Positions 24,750 through 37,084 of a stretch of 64,000 nt of DNA are shown here, in pieces. The notes beneath the pieces are model-generated. The model did not search any database, was not told where the DNA came from, and saw only the letters and a program-made list of their open reading frames with translations. Position 1 is the first letter of the stretch; every line of letters begins with the position of its first letter. Source of the DNA: Heptranchias perlo (taxonomy: Eukaryota); the NCBI RefSeq assembly GCF_035084215.1, contig NC_090326.1:155558001-155622000 (forward strand), given 5' to 3'. The translations under genes were made by a program, and so were the position numbers.

Positions 24750-25560
24750 TTCCTGTGTGTGGAAAGGATGATCCCAGGACTTAGGGGACTAAGTCATGAA
24801 GTTTGTGGGATGCTGAGTCGTTGAATATGTGCAAGGCTGAGATTGATAGATTTCTGGACTCTAGGGGAATCACTAGATATGGGGATTGGGCGGGAAAGTG
24901 GAGTTGAGGTCGAAGATCAGCCATGATCTTATTGAATGGCGGAGCAGGCTCGAGGGGCTACTCCTGCTCCTATTTCTTATGTTCTTAGAAAACCTCAATG
25001 TTTGGTAGAAAACACGACCGAGAAGACAGGTCTTTAAAGTAATGAAAGGTAGAGGTGAGGCTGAAGTAAACGAGCTCGTTCAAGAAGAAGGCCCACCACC
25101 ACCTTCTCAGGTCAACTAGGGATGGGCAATAAATGCCAGCCATGCCAGTGATGCCCACATCCTGACAATGAACCAAATAAAGTTAACTTGTAACACTGAG
25201 CAGCAGACGAGAGGACAAAAGTACAAAATGCACAATCTTCAAGCAAAGTTAGAAATTAGATTTTTTTTTCCTCACAGGATAATGGGACGTGTGGAGCAGA
25301 CTTCCAAAGAAAGTAGCTGATTTGGGGTGAATTGGCACATTTAAAAGTTAGGAGTCAATATCTGTTCAGAAGGAGGATTGAGGGTTATGGAGATATTAAC
25401 AGTAATGTTTTATTTCAGGGTAGGAAAGTAGTGCTTACCTAAAATAAGGGTTCAACAGATCTGTGGGAGGGCAGTCCATGATAGAATAACCGAATGTGGA
25501 CTCTGGATGGAGTGCACTTGATGGGCCAAATGGTTTTCTCTGGCTTTTCTCTTTTATATA
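24750..25560 (+). mobile_element. Cluster of CR1 3' fragments plus a second-family LINE 3' end (about 25075-25180)
   Basis: gatcagccatgatcttattgaatggcgg CR1 3'UTR; aagaaggcccaccaccacc...gggatgggcaataaatgcc. Confidence 0.75.
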
Positions 25561-26019
25561 TTGATGCTCTAAAACTTGGCTTTAAAGTTTAGTGCGCAAC
25601 AAAATTGTGAGCTCCAAATTCTTCCACCTTATTTTTAGATGAATACTCTGACAGATTGTTACTCTTTATGTGGGAGGGTTGATTTTTGTTTTGTAACAAA
25701 ATCTGTCTCCACAATGAATCTTAAACATTTCCTGTTTCTACAGCAACGGACATGTATCACCACGAATGACAGATGCTTACTGATTAACTATGCATTTCCC
25801 CACAGTTATTTTACTTAAGAGCCCACCAAAATAAATAACTCTTGCAAAAATCAATTTTTCATACGGTAGATTACTCACCTGAGATGGAGTGCTGCTACGT
25901 TGGCCTCCATAAGCCATAAATAAATAGACTGTGCCACTTGGTAAATGATGGGGTACCTGTCCCTTTAAGATACTCTTCATTGAAAGCACACATAGCTTCT
26001 CAGATCATTGTTATTATTA

Positions 26020-26340
26020 TTGAAAATAAGGATTGTTCTCCTTAGAACTGAGAAGGTTAAAGGGTGATTTAATAGAAGCGTTCATAATTATGAAGAGTTT
26101 TGATAGAGCAGATAGGGAGAAACTGTCTCCACTGGCAGGAGAGCTGGTAACCAGAGGACACAGATTTAGGATAATTGGCAAAAGAACCAGAGAGGAGATG
26201 AGCAGAATTTTTTTAATGCAGTGAATTATTATGATCTGGAATGCACTGCCTGACAGGGTGATGGAAGCAGATTCAATAGTGACTTTCAAAAAGGAATCGG
26301 ATATATTCCTTCTGTGTTGTCTGATTCTATGATTCCATGA
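26020..26340 (+). mobile_element. CR1 3' fragment
   Basis: FSLELRRLKGDLIEAF...TRGHRFRI. Confidence 0.85.
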
Positions 26341-26834
26341 TCATATAAAATGCTTCAAGTCTTTTGGCCAGAGGGCACTCTCAGTGAGATGACAGCTCAC
26401 ATCTTCCTGTATAATGCGAACTATCCTCTGCTTTGTTTTGGTCCTTTTTGGGCAGATTATTAAGGAAGGCAGAATATTGTAGTATGAATCTGAAATGATG
26501 CAGATAGGTCAAAACTTTTAATTCTTGCTCATTTTCTACCCTCCCATCAATTCCCGAAGACATTGATTTCTTTGTTGGTACAGTTCCATGGGCACCAGAC
26601 ACACTCCAGTACCTCGGTCAAGTGGCCACTGGTCATTGGTGATGCTTGTCCAGGCATCATTGCTGAACCCCAATCCTTACCACCACATGTGAACTTCCAG
26701 CAGGGGGTGACTGTAAAACAATCAGGAGCCCAAGAATGGAACCGTAACCATTTTTTACCCGTCCTAACTTCAGCCATTGAGTAGCAGTCGTGGTACCCCT
26801 CACCCAGCACAAATCGGAGCAGGAACCTGCAAAC

Positions 26835-27055
26835 TGCGTTACCCAGAGAATGTGGAGCTCGCTACCACAAGGAGTAGTTGAGGCAACTAGAATAGATGTA
26901 TTTAAGGGGAAGTTAGATAAACACATGAGGGAGAAAGGACTGGAAGGTTATGCTGATGGGGTTAGATGAAGAGTGGTGGGAGGAGGCTCGTGTGGAGCAT
27001 AAACACTGGCATGGACCAGTCGGGCCAAATGGCCTGTTTCTTTGTAATTCTATGT
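26835..27055 (+). mobile_element. CR1 3' fragment
   Basis: acccagagaatgtggagctcgctacc...gggccaaatggcctgtttc. Confidence 0.8.
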
Positions 27056-27559
27056 AAGACCAATATACTAACGCATATTTCAACATGCTCAAAAACAACA
27101 AGCAAGTCAGCTCTCAGCCAGACTGCCATGTTACTGTCAATGTTCGACACGAGAATGGATAATTGAAACTGTTTGATGATCCAAATGGTGGAGAACTTCA
27201 GGATCCCAACACTTCACTGCTCATGTTCAACAAAGTAAAAATGAAGTTACTGTGGAAAAGAAGTGTCAGTGTTACAATACCCAAAACAATAAGAAGTACA
27301 GCATTGAGTTTCAAGTAATGTAAGTGGATGTAGGAGCCATTCTATGTGCTAGGGTCATTCAACGTGTACAATTTGTGACAATGAATCGTAAGATCACAAA
27401 ACAAGATGTTGTGTTCAAGTACCAGATGTCTTCAAAGGAGAGATGATATTAGAAGGTATTCAACACTTTTAAATTGATTCCAAGGTCTCACATTCACAGT
27501 TTCCAGCCAGGAAATGACTTCTAACTATAAAAGAAGTACTATTAATAATAGGAGTGTTC

Positions 27560-27815
27560 TTGTTCCAGTTAGTGTACTGATTGATTGGGTTTCCTCAATG
27601 GCAGTGGTAATGAAAGAGAATGATAAAGTATGGCCTGTGTAAAAGTATTCAAAGCCACACAACAAACCATGAAACGTAATTGCTACTCACACAGACGATG
27701 TTCTGCCTGAACTAGTGGATGCGAAGCAATTCGTGGCTGTAGACGCAAAGAATGGGATTTTGCCAGTTGTGTTAGATGAAGAATCAAGTCTGCTGACTAT
27801 ATTTTCAACAGCACT
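27560..27815 (+). mobile_element. Gypsy/Ty3 reverse transcriptase remnant
   Basis: DWVSSMAVVMKENDKV...DDVLPELVDAKQFVAVDAKNG...LDEESSLLT.FST; degraded gag-like sequence may extend to about 27050. Confidence 0.75.
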
Positions 27816-28309
27816 TCATACCTGCCTGCACCTTCTTCAGCCTGCCCCTGGGGGGCAGACCCTTGCATTAAAGGTTTTTAAGATGCCCCTCTACCGGGCC
27901 ACCTAACAAGGATACCTGGAGGAAAAATGTGGCAGGAGGCCAGGAAGGCCCTCTCATGCCTCACTGTAATAGTAATGCTGAGCTGGCACCTACTACAGGT
28001 CCCCAGTTACGTGCACCGAGGAAGCCCCAGGAAATCCTGGGACAGGACGATGGGGGTGACTCCTCCTTACACCTGGGAAATTCAGATGACCTAGATGCAG
28101 GGAAGAGGAAGAAAACGACATCTTCAAAAAGTATAAATTTGATCTTGCCTATGAAAGAGACAAGAGATGTTTCTTGCTGACACACCGGGTGAAGAGTAGT
28201 CACCTTTTATACGCAGAAAGATTGACAATGTGGAAGTCACGTCAATTGATGCACGTTGAGAAATAGAAAAAGAGTTTGAAAGTACAAGTATATTGCAATA
28301 CCAGAACTG

Positions 28310-28830
28310 AGAGGTTATACAGATCAGGAAAGATTGAACAGGTTGGGGCTCTTTTCTCTGGAAAAAGAGAAGACCGAGGGGTGACCTGATAGAGGTCTTT
28401 AAGATTATGGAAGGGTTTGATAGTGTAGACATAGAGGAGATGCTTCCACTCATGTGAGAGACCAGAACTAAGGGGCCATAAATATCAGATAGTCACTAAT
28501 AAATCCAATAGGGAATTCAGGAGAAACATTTTTACCCAGAGAGTGGTTAGAATGTGGAACTCACTGCCACAAGGAGCAGTTGAGGCGACTAGCATAGAAA
28601 CATTTAAGCAGAAGCTAAATAAACGCCTGAGGGAGAAAGGAATAGAAGGATATGTTACATTGAGTTGCATTGATTCTACAGCACAGAAACAGGCCATTCG
28701 GCCCAACTGGTCTATGCTGGCATTTATGCTTATGTGGGAGGAGGCTCGTGTGGAGCATAAACTCTGGCATAGACCAGTTGGGCCAAATGGCCTGTTTCTA
28801 AGCTGTACATCCTATGCAATTCTATGTAAT
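28310..28830 (+). mobile_element. CR1 3' fragment
   Basis: FTQRVVRMWNSLPQGAVEA. Confidence 0.85.
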
Positions 28831-29023
28831 ATTTACCCCTGTCCGAGGATGCAAACTACTGGAATAGATGAAGATCAGAAATTGATGAGAATGAAAATTG
28901 GCAAAGGAAGGCTTGACAAAAGAGCAGTGCCACCCAGATTGCTGTGTATTTTGACAGCACCTCCCAAACCCGCAGCCTCCACCACCTAGAAGGACAAGGG
29001 CATCAGATGCCTGGGAACACCAT

Positions 29024-30830
29024 GGGCCACAACTTGCTGCCAAAATAACGGTCACTTTAATAGCGCTCTCCGTTATTAATGTGTAAATCATCCAGCAACT
29101 TGTGGCAAGGATGTGATACCCCATGAATTGCGAATCATCACAAGTTGCTGGACAATTAGCGTCGCGAAAACAGCAGCTCGTCCTCAACCACCCCGTGAGT
29201 TTCAAGAAATTGCTGCACTTGCGTTTTCATTGCCAATTGTAGGGGTGGGGGCTGGTGTGTGTCAGCTTCACCTCTGACTTCTGAGCGGTCCGAATCGCTC
29301 CCACTCCCTGGGTTCTAGACCTTGGACTTATTTGGGGGTTGTGACAAAGTGCAGCAGACAACTGGTTTTGGTGCAAGAAAAAAAACTGGGTTTATTGAAG
29401 TCACAAATGAACTTATAACATTAGGATAACACTGAGATTATACAGACATACAAAGTACACTTAGTTAAGAATGGGGAACACACGGCATATCGAGGGAAAA
29501 TCACCCTACTAATCCCCTTACCCTTGTCCCACCCCCAAAACCTAACTAAATTGAACTAGGAGAGGTCAGGGATCATGCTCACCAACCAGGGTTCCTTGAC
29601 AGTTCGAAATCCAGCCAGGTAAGCCGGTTGCAGTTTTGGGGTACGCTCTTTGTGTCCTCTGGGCCCTGCCATCCCCACGTGGTCCTGGTCTGTGGAATCT
29701 GCGAAGGTTCTTCAGTTGGATAGAGTCTGTTGGTGCGGTAAGGCGCAGTTGTGGGTGGGCGATCTTCGTGGAGGGCTGCGGTTGCGCCTTGTTGCTGCTC
29801 CAAAACTGCTGCTCCAAAGCAGAACTGCTTAGAACCTGCTCCAAAACAAACCCCCCCTCCCCCTTCGTAACTGGTGGCCCAGTTATACTGTTTTTTTTCG
29901 AATTTCTTATCTGAATCCAAAACAAGGTTAGTTCTTTGTCCGATTATGGTGGGCTTCTTCAGGTGATTGTTGGCTTCCTGTCCCCGTAACTAGTCTTGAA
30001 CTGCAAGCCATTGTATATGTGAAGTTTGATGGGTTTGCATAGTTGCATTGATTGCTACCTTCCTGCTTTAGTAGTTAGTAGTGATAATTTATGCAAGGTT
30101 TTGATGGGCTTTAGTTTCGTGTAAGATGAAGTCTTTCTCTGGGTTGATTGTTTTAAAGGGAAGAATGCGTATTCTGTCTTCTCTCATTGTCTGGTTTTCA
30201 GGCAACAATCCACACTGCACCCAACAAGCCCGGGCATGTCATAAAAGTCCAAAAGTTATATCCTTGTTGATGATATGAAAAATGTGGGAATTTTGAGAAC
30301 CCTTCACAATTAAACTCGCCGCAGAAAGTTAAGGCTGGGACTTAACAGCATAAGGACCCTTTTAATGAGGAGGTTTATGTTCCTGCAACACCACTCCATC
30401 TCTCCGCACCAGAAAGGAAACAACTGAAACGGTGGAGTCTCATTCCTACAGGTAGTAAATTGTTCTTAGAGATTTTTAAATTTACTTTCTTTTTAAAAAT
30501 TCTTATTTTTCCTTTTTGACTCTTTTTTTCCCCTCTCTCTTAATCCAATCTTTCTTTATTTCTCTTTCTGTACCTGATTTGACTTTAATTCATTCTATTT
30601 CCTTCTCCGTCGTCCCTCTGTTTCTTTCTCAATCCTTAAATCTCACTGGTTCAGGAGATAGACTGTTGGTCCCGTCGTTCACCAAGGTCCCAGATGCCCT
30701 CGCCGCCCTGTTCTCAGCTCGCACTTCCAGCAACTTACAGGGCAAAAAAACTTACGAGCTGAAGGGTGAGGGTAAAAGTCTAACTAACAGGGCACGTCGA
30801 GAGATGCCCCGCTCCAGCAAATTCTGGGCC
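29024..30830. mobile_element. Non-autonomous TIR DNA transposon (Harbinger-like MITE) containing a solo LTR
   Basis: TIRs gggccacaacttgctg / cagcaaattctgggcc(c); flanked by cat...cat. Confidence 0.7.
29238..30306 (-). mobile_element. Solo LTR, about 1.07 kb
   Basis: TGTAGGG...CCCTTCA ends, 4-bp TSD caat (29234-29237, 30307-30310), minus-strand AATAAA at 29391-29396. Confidence 0.8.
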
Positions 30831-31074
30831 CATCGCCTCCAAGTTCCTCTCCAAGTCACACACCAGCCCGACTTGGACATTTATCCCGCCCGGTTCCTGC
30901 ATCGTTGCTGGGTCAAAATCCTGGAACTCCCTACCCAGTACCTTCACCACATGGACTGCTGCGGTTCAAGAAGAAGGCCCACTACCACCACCTTCTCTGG
31001 GGCAACTGGGGATGGGCAACAAAATCTGCCCTTGCCATCGTCGCTCATATCCCGAGAATGAATTTTTTTAAAAT

Positions 31075-31495
31075 GTCAAGATTAGAGAGTGACCCAGTGC
31101 ACAGGATGGACTGATAGTCGAGGAGGCGGAGTAGTTAGATCACTCTGTATAAGAGAAGAGATGAGGTGCAGAGTTCACATCAGAATCCAGGTTTCCCTTC
31201 GAAAGGCTAGGGAAGTGATTTACTGGCCCTCTGATGAGCAAGGACATAGACACATACATAATAAAGTGTGGTACATGCCAACAGTTTCAAGCTAAGAGGC
31301 AAAGTGAACTGCTATTAGCCGCCAAATACCAGAAAAGCCCTGGGAGAAAATAGGCTGTGATTGGCTTTGAATCAGACGGAAGAAACTCTCTTATATGTTC
31401 TGACTATTACTCTGATTTCCTCGAAACAGACAGATTGTCTGATTGAAAAAGAGAAAGAAAGTCACGGCTAAGATGAAAACTTATTTCAAATAAGT
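31075..31495 (+). mobile_element. Gypsy integrase remnant (zinc finger and core start)
   Basis: REVIYWP, CGTCQQFQ, QIPEKPWEKIGCD, SDYYSDFLETD across frameshifts. Confidence 0.75.
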
Positions 31496-31605
31496 CACGG
31501 GGGACTTGAATCAGCCTCTTGCAGGGACAGCTCCCTGTGATTTCCTAGTGGGCTGACTCTATTTAAGCAATGTTTATATTGGGGCAGTTCACATTCGGAT
31601 TGCAG

Positions 31606-32540
31606 GAGGTAAGTACTGGTGAGCCTGACCATGACGTTAGTGAGCCAGATCCTGCCATCGGTAAGTCGGCTCCTGTTGTCAGTGAGTCAGATCCTGCTGT
31701 CGGTGAGTCAGCTCCTATTGTCGGTGAGCCAGATTCTGCCGCCGGTGTGTCGGCTCCTTTGGTCAGTGAGCTGAACCCTGCCCTCGGTAAGTCGGCTCCT
31801 GTTGTCGGTGAGCCAGATCCTGCCCTCGGTAAGTCGGCTCCTGTTGTCGGTGGGTCAGATCCTGCTGTCGGTGAGTCAGCTCCTATTGTCGGTGAGCCAG
31901 CCCCTGCCGCCGGTGAACCGCCGCTGCTGCCGGTGAAACTGCCCCTGCCATTGGTGAGACTGCCGCTGCCGCCGGTAAACCTGCCCCTGCCGCCGGTGAG
32001 CCTGCCCCAGCCTCCAGTGAGACTGCCCCTGTCGCCGGTGAACCTGCCCCAGCTGCCGGTGAGACTGCCCCTTCCGCTGGTGAGACTGCCCCTGCCGCCG
32101 GTGAGACTGCCCTGCTGCCGGTGAGACGGCCCCTGCCTCTGGTGAGACTGCCCCTGCCACCGGTGAGCCAGCCCCTGCGGCTGGTGAGACTGCCCTTTCT
32201 GCCGGTGAGACTGCCCCTTCTGCCGGTGAGACTGCCCCAGCCACCGGTGAGACTGCCCCTGCTACCGGTGAGACTGCCCCTTCTGCCGGTGAGACTGCCC
32301 CTTCTGCCGGTGAGACTGCCCCTGCCGCCGGTGAGACTGCCCCTGCCTCCGGTGAGATTGCCCCTTCTGCCGGTGAGACTGCCCCTTCTGCCGGTGAGAC
32401 TGCCCCAGCCACCGGTGAGACTGCCCCTGCTACCGGTGAGACTGCCCCTTCTGCCGGTGAGACTGCCCCTTCTGCCGGTGAGACTGCCCCAGCCGCCGGT
32501 GAGACTGCCCCTTCTGCCGGTGAACCTGCCCCTGCCTCTT
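31606..32540 (+). repeat. GC-rich 21-bp (7-codon) repeat tract, with diverged 42-bp dimers at the 5' end
   Basis: gccggtgagactgccccttct units reading AGETAPS / PAVGESA. Confidence 0.9.
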
Positions 32541-33346
32541 CTTCTGCTAAATTTGGCTCAGCTATTCCAGTGGCTGATTCATCAACCCAATTCCTTTTGG
32601 GACGTCAAACTTGTGACTTTCTGGACTGTATGGATCAGCACTATCACCAGCACCACATTTTCAATAGGTTTTATCTTCTCCCTCTTGTTCAGCTGCGCTC
32701 ACTGTTCACTGACTGACTTCAATTGAAAGGAAAATCAGGCGGGATGTACAACGGGCATCTGATCCAATGCCAGGTTTGTGCCACCCCGGAGAAGTTGACG
32801 TTCACCCTCTCGGTCGAATGTGTTCGAAATACTGACCACAAGGGGAAATCTTTGTGAATATAATTTACCCACAAGCGACCAGAGTGATTCTCATGTCCTG
32901 GGAGTCAGCGATATGTAAAAGCTTCATTTGACCCATGGGGCTAGACTGAGCTGACTGAAAGTGCTCCATTTATATATTCTTCTCCGCCCCGATCCAGTTC
33001 ACGAGCCCAGGCTGCATTACATTACCTGCTTGGCATGTTTAGTGTTCCTCCCTCCCGCCCCTGCTGTGCACACCAAATGACAGGAGATTACAGCATGCGT
33101 TAGATTGTTTACATCAGCCTGCTCCTAATCCCCTTGGTTTGCAGCTGACTTTAAAGTCTCTCTACTATTATCACTTAAATCGAAAGATTCCTATTGACAA
33201 ACACTGCTACGTGCAGGGTCCCTGCTCTTTAGAAAGCACCCTGTTTACCAGTGATCCCCATTCAAGGAATTTCCTTTGTACTTTGTATTTATTATCCTTA
33301 TATTATTTAGAAACCTAAATGAATGGTCAATGCCCATAGTTTGGAC

Positions 33347-33890
33347 TGTCAGCCACGGCTCAGTGGGGTGCCCTCTCGCCTCTGAGTTAGAAGGTTGGGG
33401 GCTCGAGCCCCACTCTCAAGACTTGAGCATAAAATCTAGGCTGATCTAGGCAAAATCAGTGCAGCGCGGAGGGGGTGCTACACTGTCAGAGGTGCCGTGT
33501 TTTTTTTTATTCGTTCATGGGATGTGGGCGTCGCTGGCGAGGCCGGCATTTATTGCACATCCCTTTCAGGTGAGGCGTTAAATTGAGGTCCTGTCTGTCC
33601 TCTCAAGTGGATGTAAGATATCCTATGGCACTATTTCAAAGAAGAGCAGGGGAGTTCTCTCTGTGACCGGGGCCAATATTTATCCCTCAAACAACATCAC
33701 TAAAAAAAAATCAGATTATCTGGTTATTATCACACTGCTGTTTGTGGGATCTTGCTGTGCACAAATTGGCTGCCACATTTCCTACATGACAAACAGTGAC
33801 TACACTTCAAAAGTACTTCACTGATTGTAAAGCACTTCGGGACGTCCTGAGATTGTGAAAGGCGCTATATAAATGCAAGATCTTTCTTTC
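33347..33890 (+). mobile_element. Deu-domain SINE with a short antisense second-family LINE tail inserted (about 33500-33563)
   Basis: SINE head, core and tail; insert is the rc of 62824-62884. Confidence 0.8.
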
Positions 33891-34409
33891 TGAAGTGTAG
33901 GAGAGAAGGCAAAGGTAAATCAGGAAATAATGGTCAGATACTGCCAATCTTAGCTTTTAAAAGCCGATGAGTTTATTGGCACACTGCAATATTTGTTACA
34001 TACAGAATCATAACTACATAGAGCTTAATCGCTTCTTATCAAGGGCAGTCTCTTGTAGTTTTTCCTTCTCTCTGCTAATTCCCCCCACACCTCCCCAGGA
34101 AGGTGGGTACGGTTCACTGGGTGCCAGCCATACTTTTCCACCTGCGCCAGAATTCCAGAAGCAAGGAAATGGTTCCATATGGTGCGGAACAGCTGCTGCA
34201 GGCATTTCCTGTCTGGGTTACAGTATTTCAAAAGCGGTTCATTTTATTCATCTATCACACCTGTACAGACAGACGTTATTTAGAAACTTGACCCTACAAA
34301 TTTATACCCTACAAATTACCTGGGAGGACCCTGGCCAGTTCCCCATGTTGCAGGGGAAGCTCACGGCTGCCCTGCTTCAGACTGGTGCTCCCAGAGTGCA
34401 GATAGGAAG

Positions 34410-34525
34410 GAAAACAAAACCCTGTATATACACAGCAGATGGTGAAGGGTCTATACCTGAAAACGTAACCTGCCTTTTCTCCTTATGGACGCTGCGTGTT
34501 GCTACTGTTTTATCGTTTTATTTTG
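34410..34525 (+). mobile_element. Degraded PLE terminal relic with a decayed hammerhead-like motif
   Basis: tggtgaagggtctatacctgaaaacgtaacc resembles 7732-7764; preceded by a possible short inverted arm. Confidence 0.4.
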
Positions 34526-34654
34526 CGTGGCTCACCGGGATAGATTTAGAGATCTGCCGCGAATAATCCTCAAGAGGACTGGGAGCACTGCGTGGAACGA
34601 CACTCACACTAATATAAGTAAAGCAATTTTACCAGCCACTTTTTGGGTGCCATT

Positions 34655-35110
34655 GTTTTAAAATTAATTCTCGGGATGTGGGCTTCAATGGCAAGGCTGG
34701 CATTTATCACCCATTCCTAGATGCCCTGAGAAGGTGGTGGTGGTCCAACTGAATGGCAGTCAAGAGTCAACAACCTGGGTGTGGGACTGGAGTCACATAT
34801 AAGCCAGACTGGGTAAGGATGGCAGGTATCTTTCCCTAAAGGAAGGTGTCAGGAGTACTGTCTTTCAGACAAGATGTTAAACTGAGGCCCCCCAACTGCC
34901 CTCGTCAGATGGATGCAGGGACATGGGATCTTTTATGTCCACCTGAGAGGACAGACAGGGCCTCAGTTTAACATCTCATCTGAAAGACAGCACCTCCGAC
35001 AGTGCAGCACCCCCTCAGTACTGCCCTGGAGCATCAGCCTAGATTTTGTGGTCGAGTCTCACGACCTCCTGACTCAAAGGTGAGCATGCTACCCACTGAG
35101 CCACGGCAAA
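34655..35110 (-). mobile_element. Second-family LINE 3' fragment and Deu-SINE fragments
   Basis: rc matches to the 62800-62880 and 4758-4970 types. Confidence 0.7.
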
Positions 35111-35234
35111 CACATGTTCATTCAGTCATTCTTTGTGAATAACGCACACTTTAAGGCGGATATGAAAATGGTTTCATTGTATAAGGTAGTCAGGGTCCAC
35201 CCAACTGCTAGCTTCCTGCCTGTGGACGTATAAA

Positions 35235-35855
35235 TTGCATCGTTCCCTAGCCACTGACTCCATCGATGCCTTTGTTACTTCTAGACTTGACTATTCCAAT
35301 GTTCTCCTGGCTGGCCTCCCACCTTGCACCCTCCGTAAACTTGAGCACAACCAAAACTCTGCTGCTCGTATCTTAACTCGCACCAAGTCCCGATCACCCA
35401 TCACCTCTCTGCTCGCTGACCTACTTCGGCTCCCATCCAAATACCTCGATTTTAAAATTCTCATCCTTGTTTTTAAATCCCTCCATGGCCTCGGCCCTCC
35501 CTAGCTCCGTAACCTCCTCCAGCCCTTCAACCCTCCAAGATCTCGGCGTTCCTCCAATTCTTGCCTTTTGTGCATCCCCGATTTTAATCGCTCCATTATT
35601 GGCGGCCGTGCCTTCAGCTGCCTGGGCCCTAAGCTCTGGAATTCCCTCCCTAAACCTCCCCGCCTCTCTACTCCTCTCTCCTCCTTTAAGACGCTCCTTA
35701 AAACCTACCCCTTTGACCAAGCTTTTGGTCACCTGTCCTTATATCTCCTTACGTGGCTCAGTGTCAACTTTTGTTTGATAATCGCTCCTTTAAAGTGCCT
35801 TGGGACGTTTTACTACATTAAAGGCGCTATATAAATGCAAGTTGTTGTTGTTGTT
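35235..35855 (+). mobile_element. L2 LINE 3' fragment
   Basis: AFVTSRLDYSNVLLAGLP...QNSAARILT...GGRAFSCLGPKLWNSLP; (gtt)n tail. Confidence 0.92.
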
Positions 35856-36209
35856 TATTTGGAGCCGAATTCAAGGCAGTGCTTTTCCACCCAGATTATT
35901 GGGTATCTTGAGAGAAGGTTGAAGCTTTGCCAATTTTCATCCTGTTATTAAGAGAAAACAAAAAAACTCGCCTTAATTTCTGTAACTAGAAGAGAGCGAC
36001 TTAAAGGGATAAAATCAAACGTCGGACTCTAAGGTTCACCTGAGAGCTAGCGAGCTGCTACCCTCTTTTGTTAATCAGAGGGGAATTTTGTTTTCTGAGC
36101 TGGAGCCGACCCCCGGGTGAACCTAGCAACCCAGGTCAATAAACCTGAGCAGGAAATCGCTTTCAACCCTTGGAAGTGGGGAACCCTGGGGAGATTTGAT
36201 GCCAGTTAA

Positions 36210-36908
36210 TGTGTCAGTGTGGGACTGGATTTCTGAACACTGAGTCAGTGTGGGACTGGATTTCTGTTGGTCACTGAGTCGGTGTGGGACTGGATTTCTG
36301 ATCACTGAGTCAGTGTGGGACTGGATTTCTGTTGGTCACTGAGTCGGTGTGGGACTGGATTTCTGATCACTGAGTCGGTGTGGGACTGGATTTCTGATCA
36401 CTGTGTCGGTGTGGGACTGGATTTCTGATCACTGTGTCAGTGTGGGACTGGATTTCTGTTGGTCACTGAGTCGGTGTGGGACTGGATTTCTGATCACTGT
36501 GTCAGTGTGGGACTGGATTTCTGATCACTGAGTCAGTGTGGGACTGGATTTCTGATCACTGAGTCGGTGTGGGACTGGATTTCTGATCACTGTGTCAGTG
36601 TGGGACTGGATTTCTGATCACTGAGTCGGTGTGGGACTGGATTTCTGATCACTGTGTCAGTGTGGGACTGGATTTCTGATCACTGGGTCGGTGTGGGACT
36701 GGATTTCTGATCACTGTGTCAGTGTGGGACTGGATTTCTGATCACTGAGTCAGTGTGGGACTGGATTTCTGATCATTGAGTCGGTGTGGGACTGGATTTC
36801 TGATCACTGAGTCGGTGTGGGACTGGATTTCTGATCACTGAGTCAGTGTGGGACTGGATTTCTGATCACTGAGTCGGTGTGGGACTGGATTTCTGTTGAT
36901 CACTGAGC
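36210..36908. repeat. 31-bp minisatellite, about 22 copies (cactgagtcggtgtgggactggatttctgat), with some 34-bp variants
   Basis: tgggactgg at 36601 and 36632. Confidence 0.95.
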
Positions 36909-37084
36909 CGTGTTGCCTCCGTCAGTGGAAGCGGCTAGAACTCGTTCAAGGGATTGATCACCGGACTCAATCGTTTGGTTTAATTCGCACTGGCATCGAA
37001 ACAAAATGTATTTATCTGAATTGAACAGGAGAATTTGCACTTATGCCATCCCTTATCAGATTTCAGAAACATCTCAAAATGGTT

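Larger units (their letters stand above)
28930..31070 (+). mobile_element. 3' end of the second LINE family, split by a MITE (pieces 28930-29023 and 30831-31070)
   Basis: Both pieces are collinear with 62560-62880. Confidence 0.8.
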
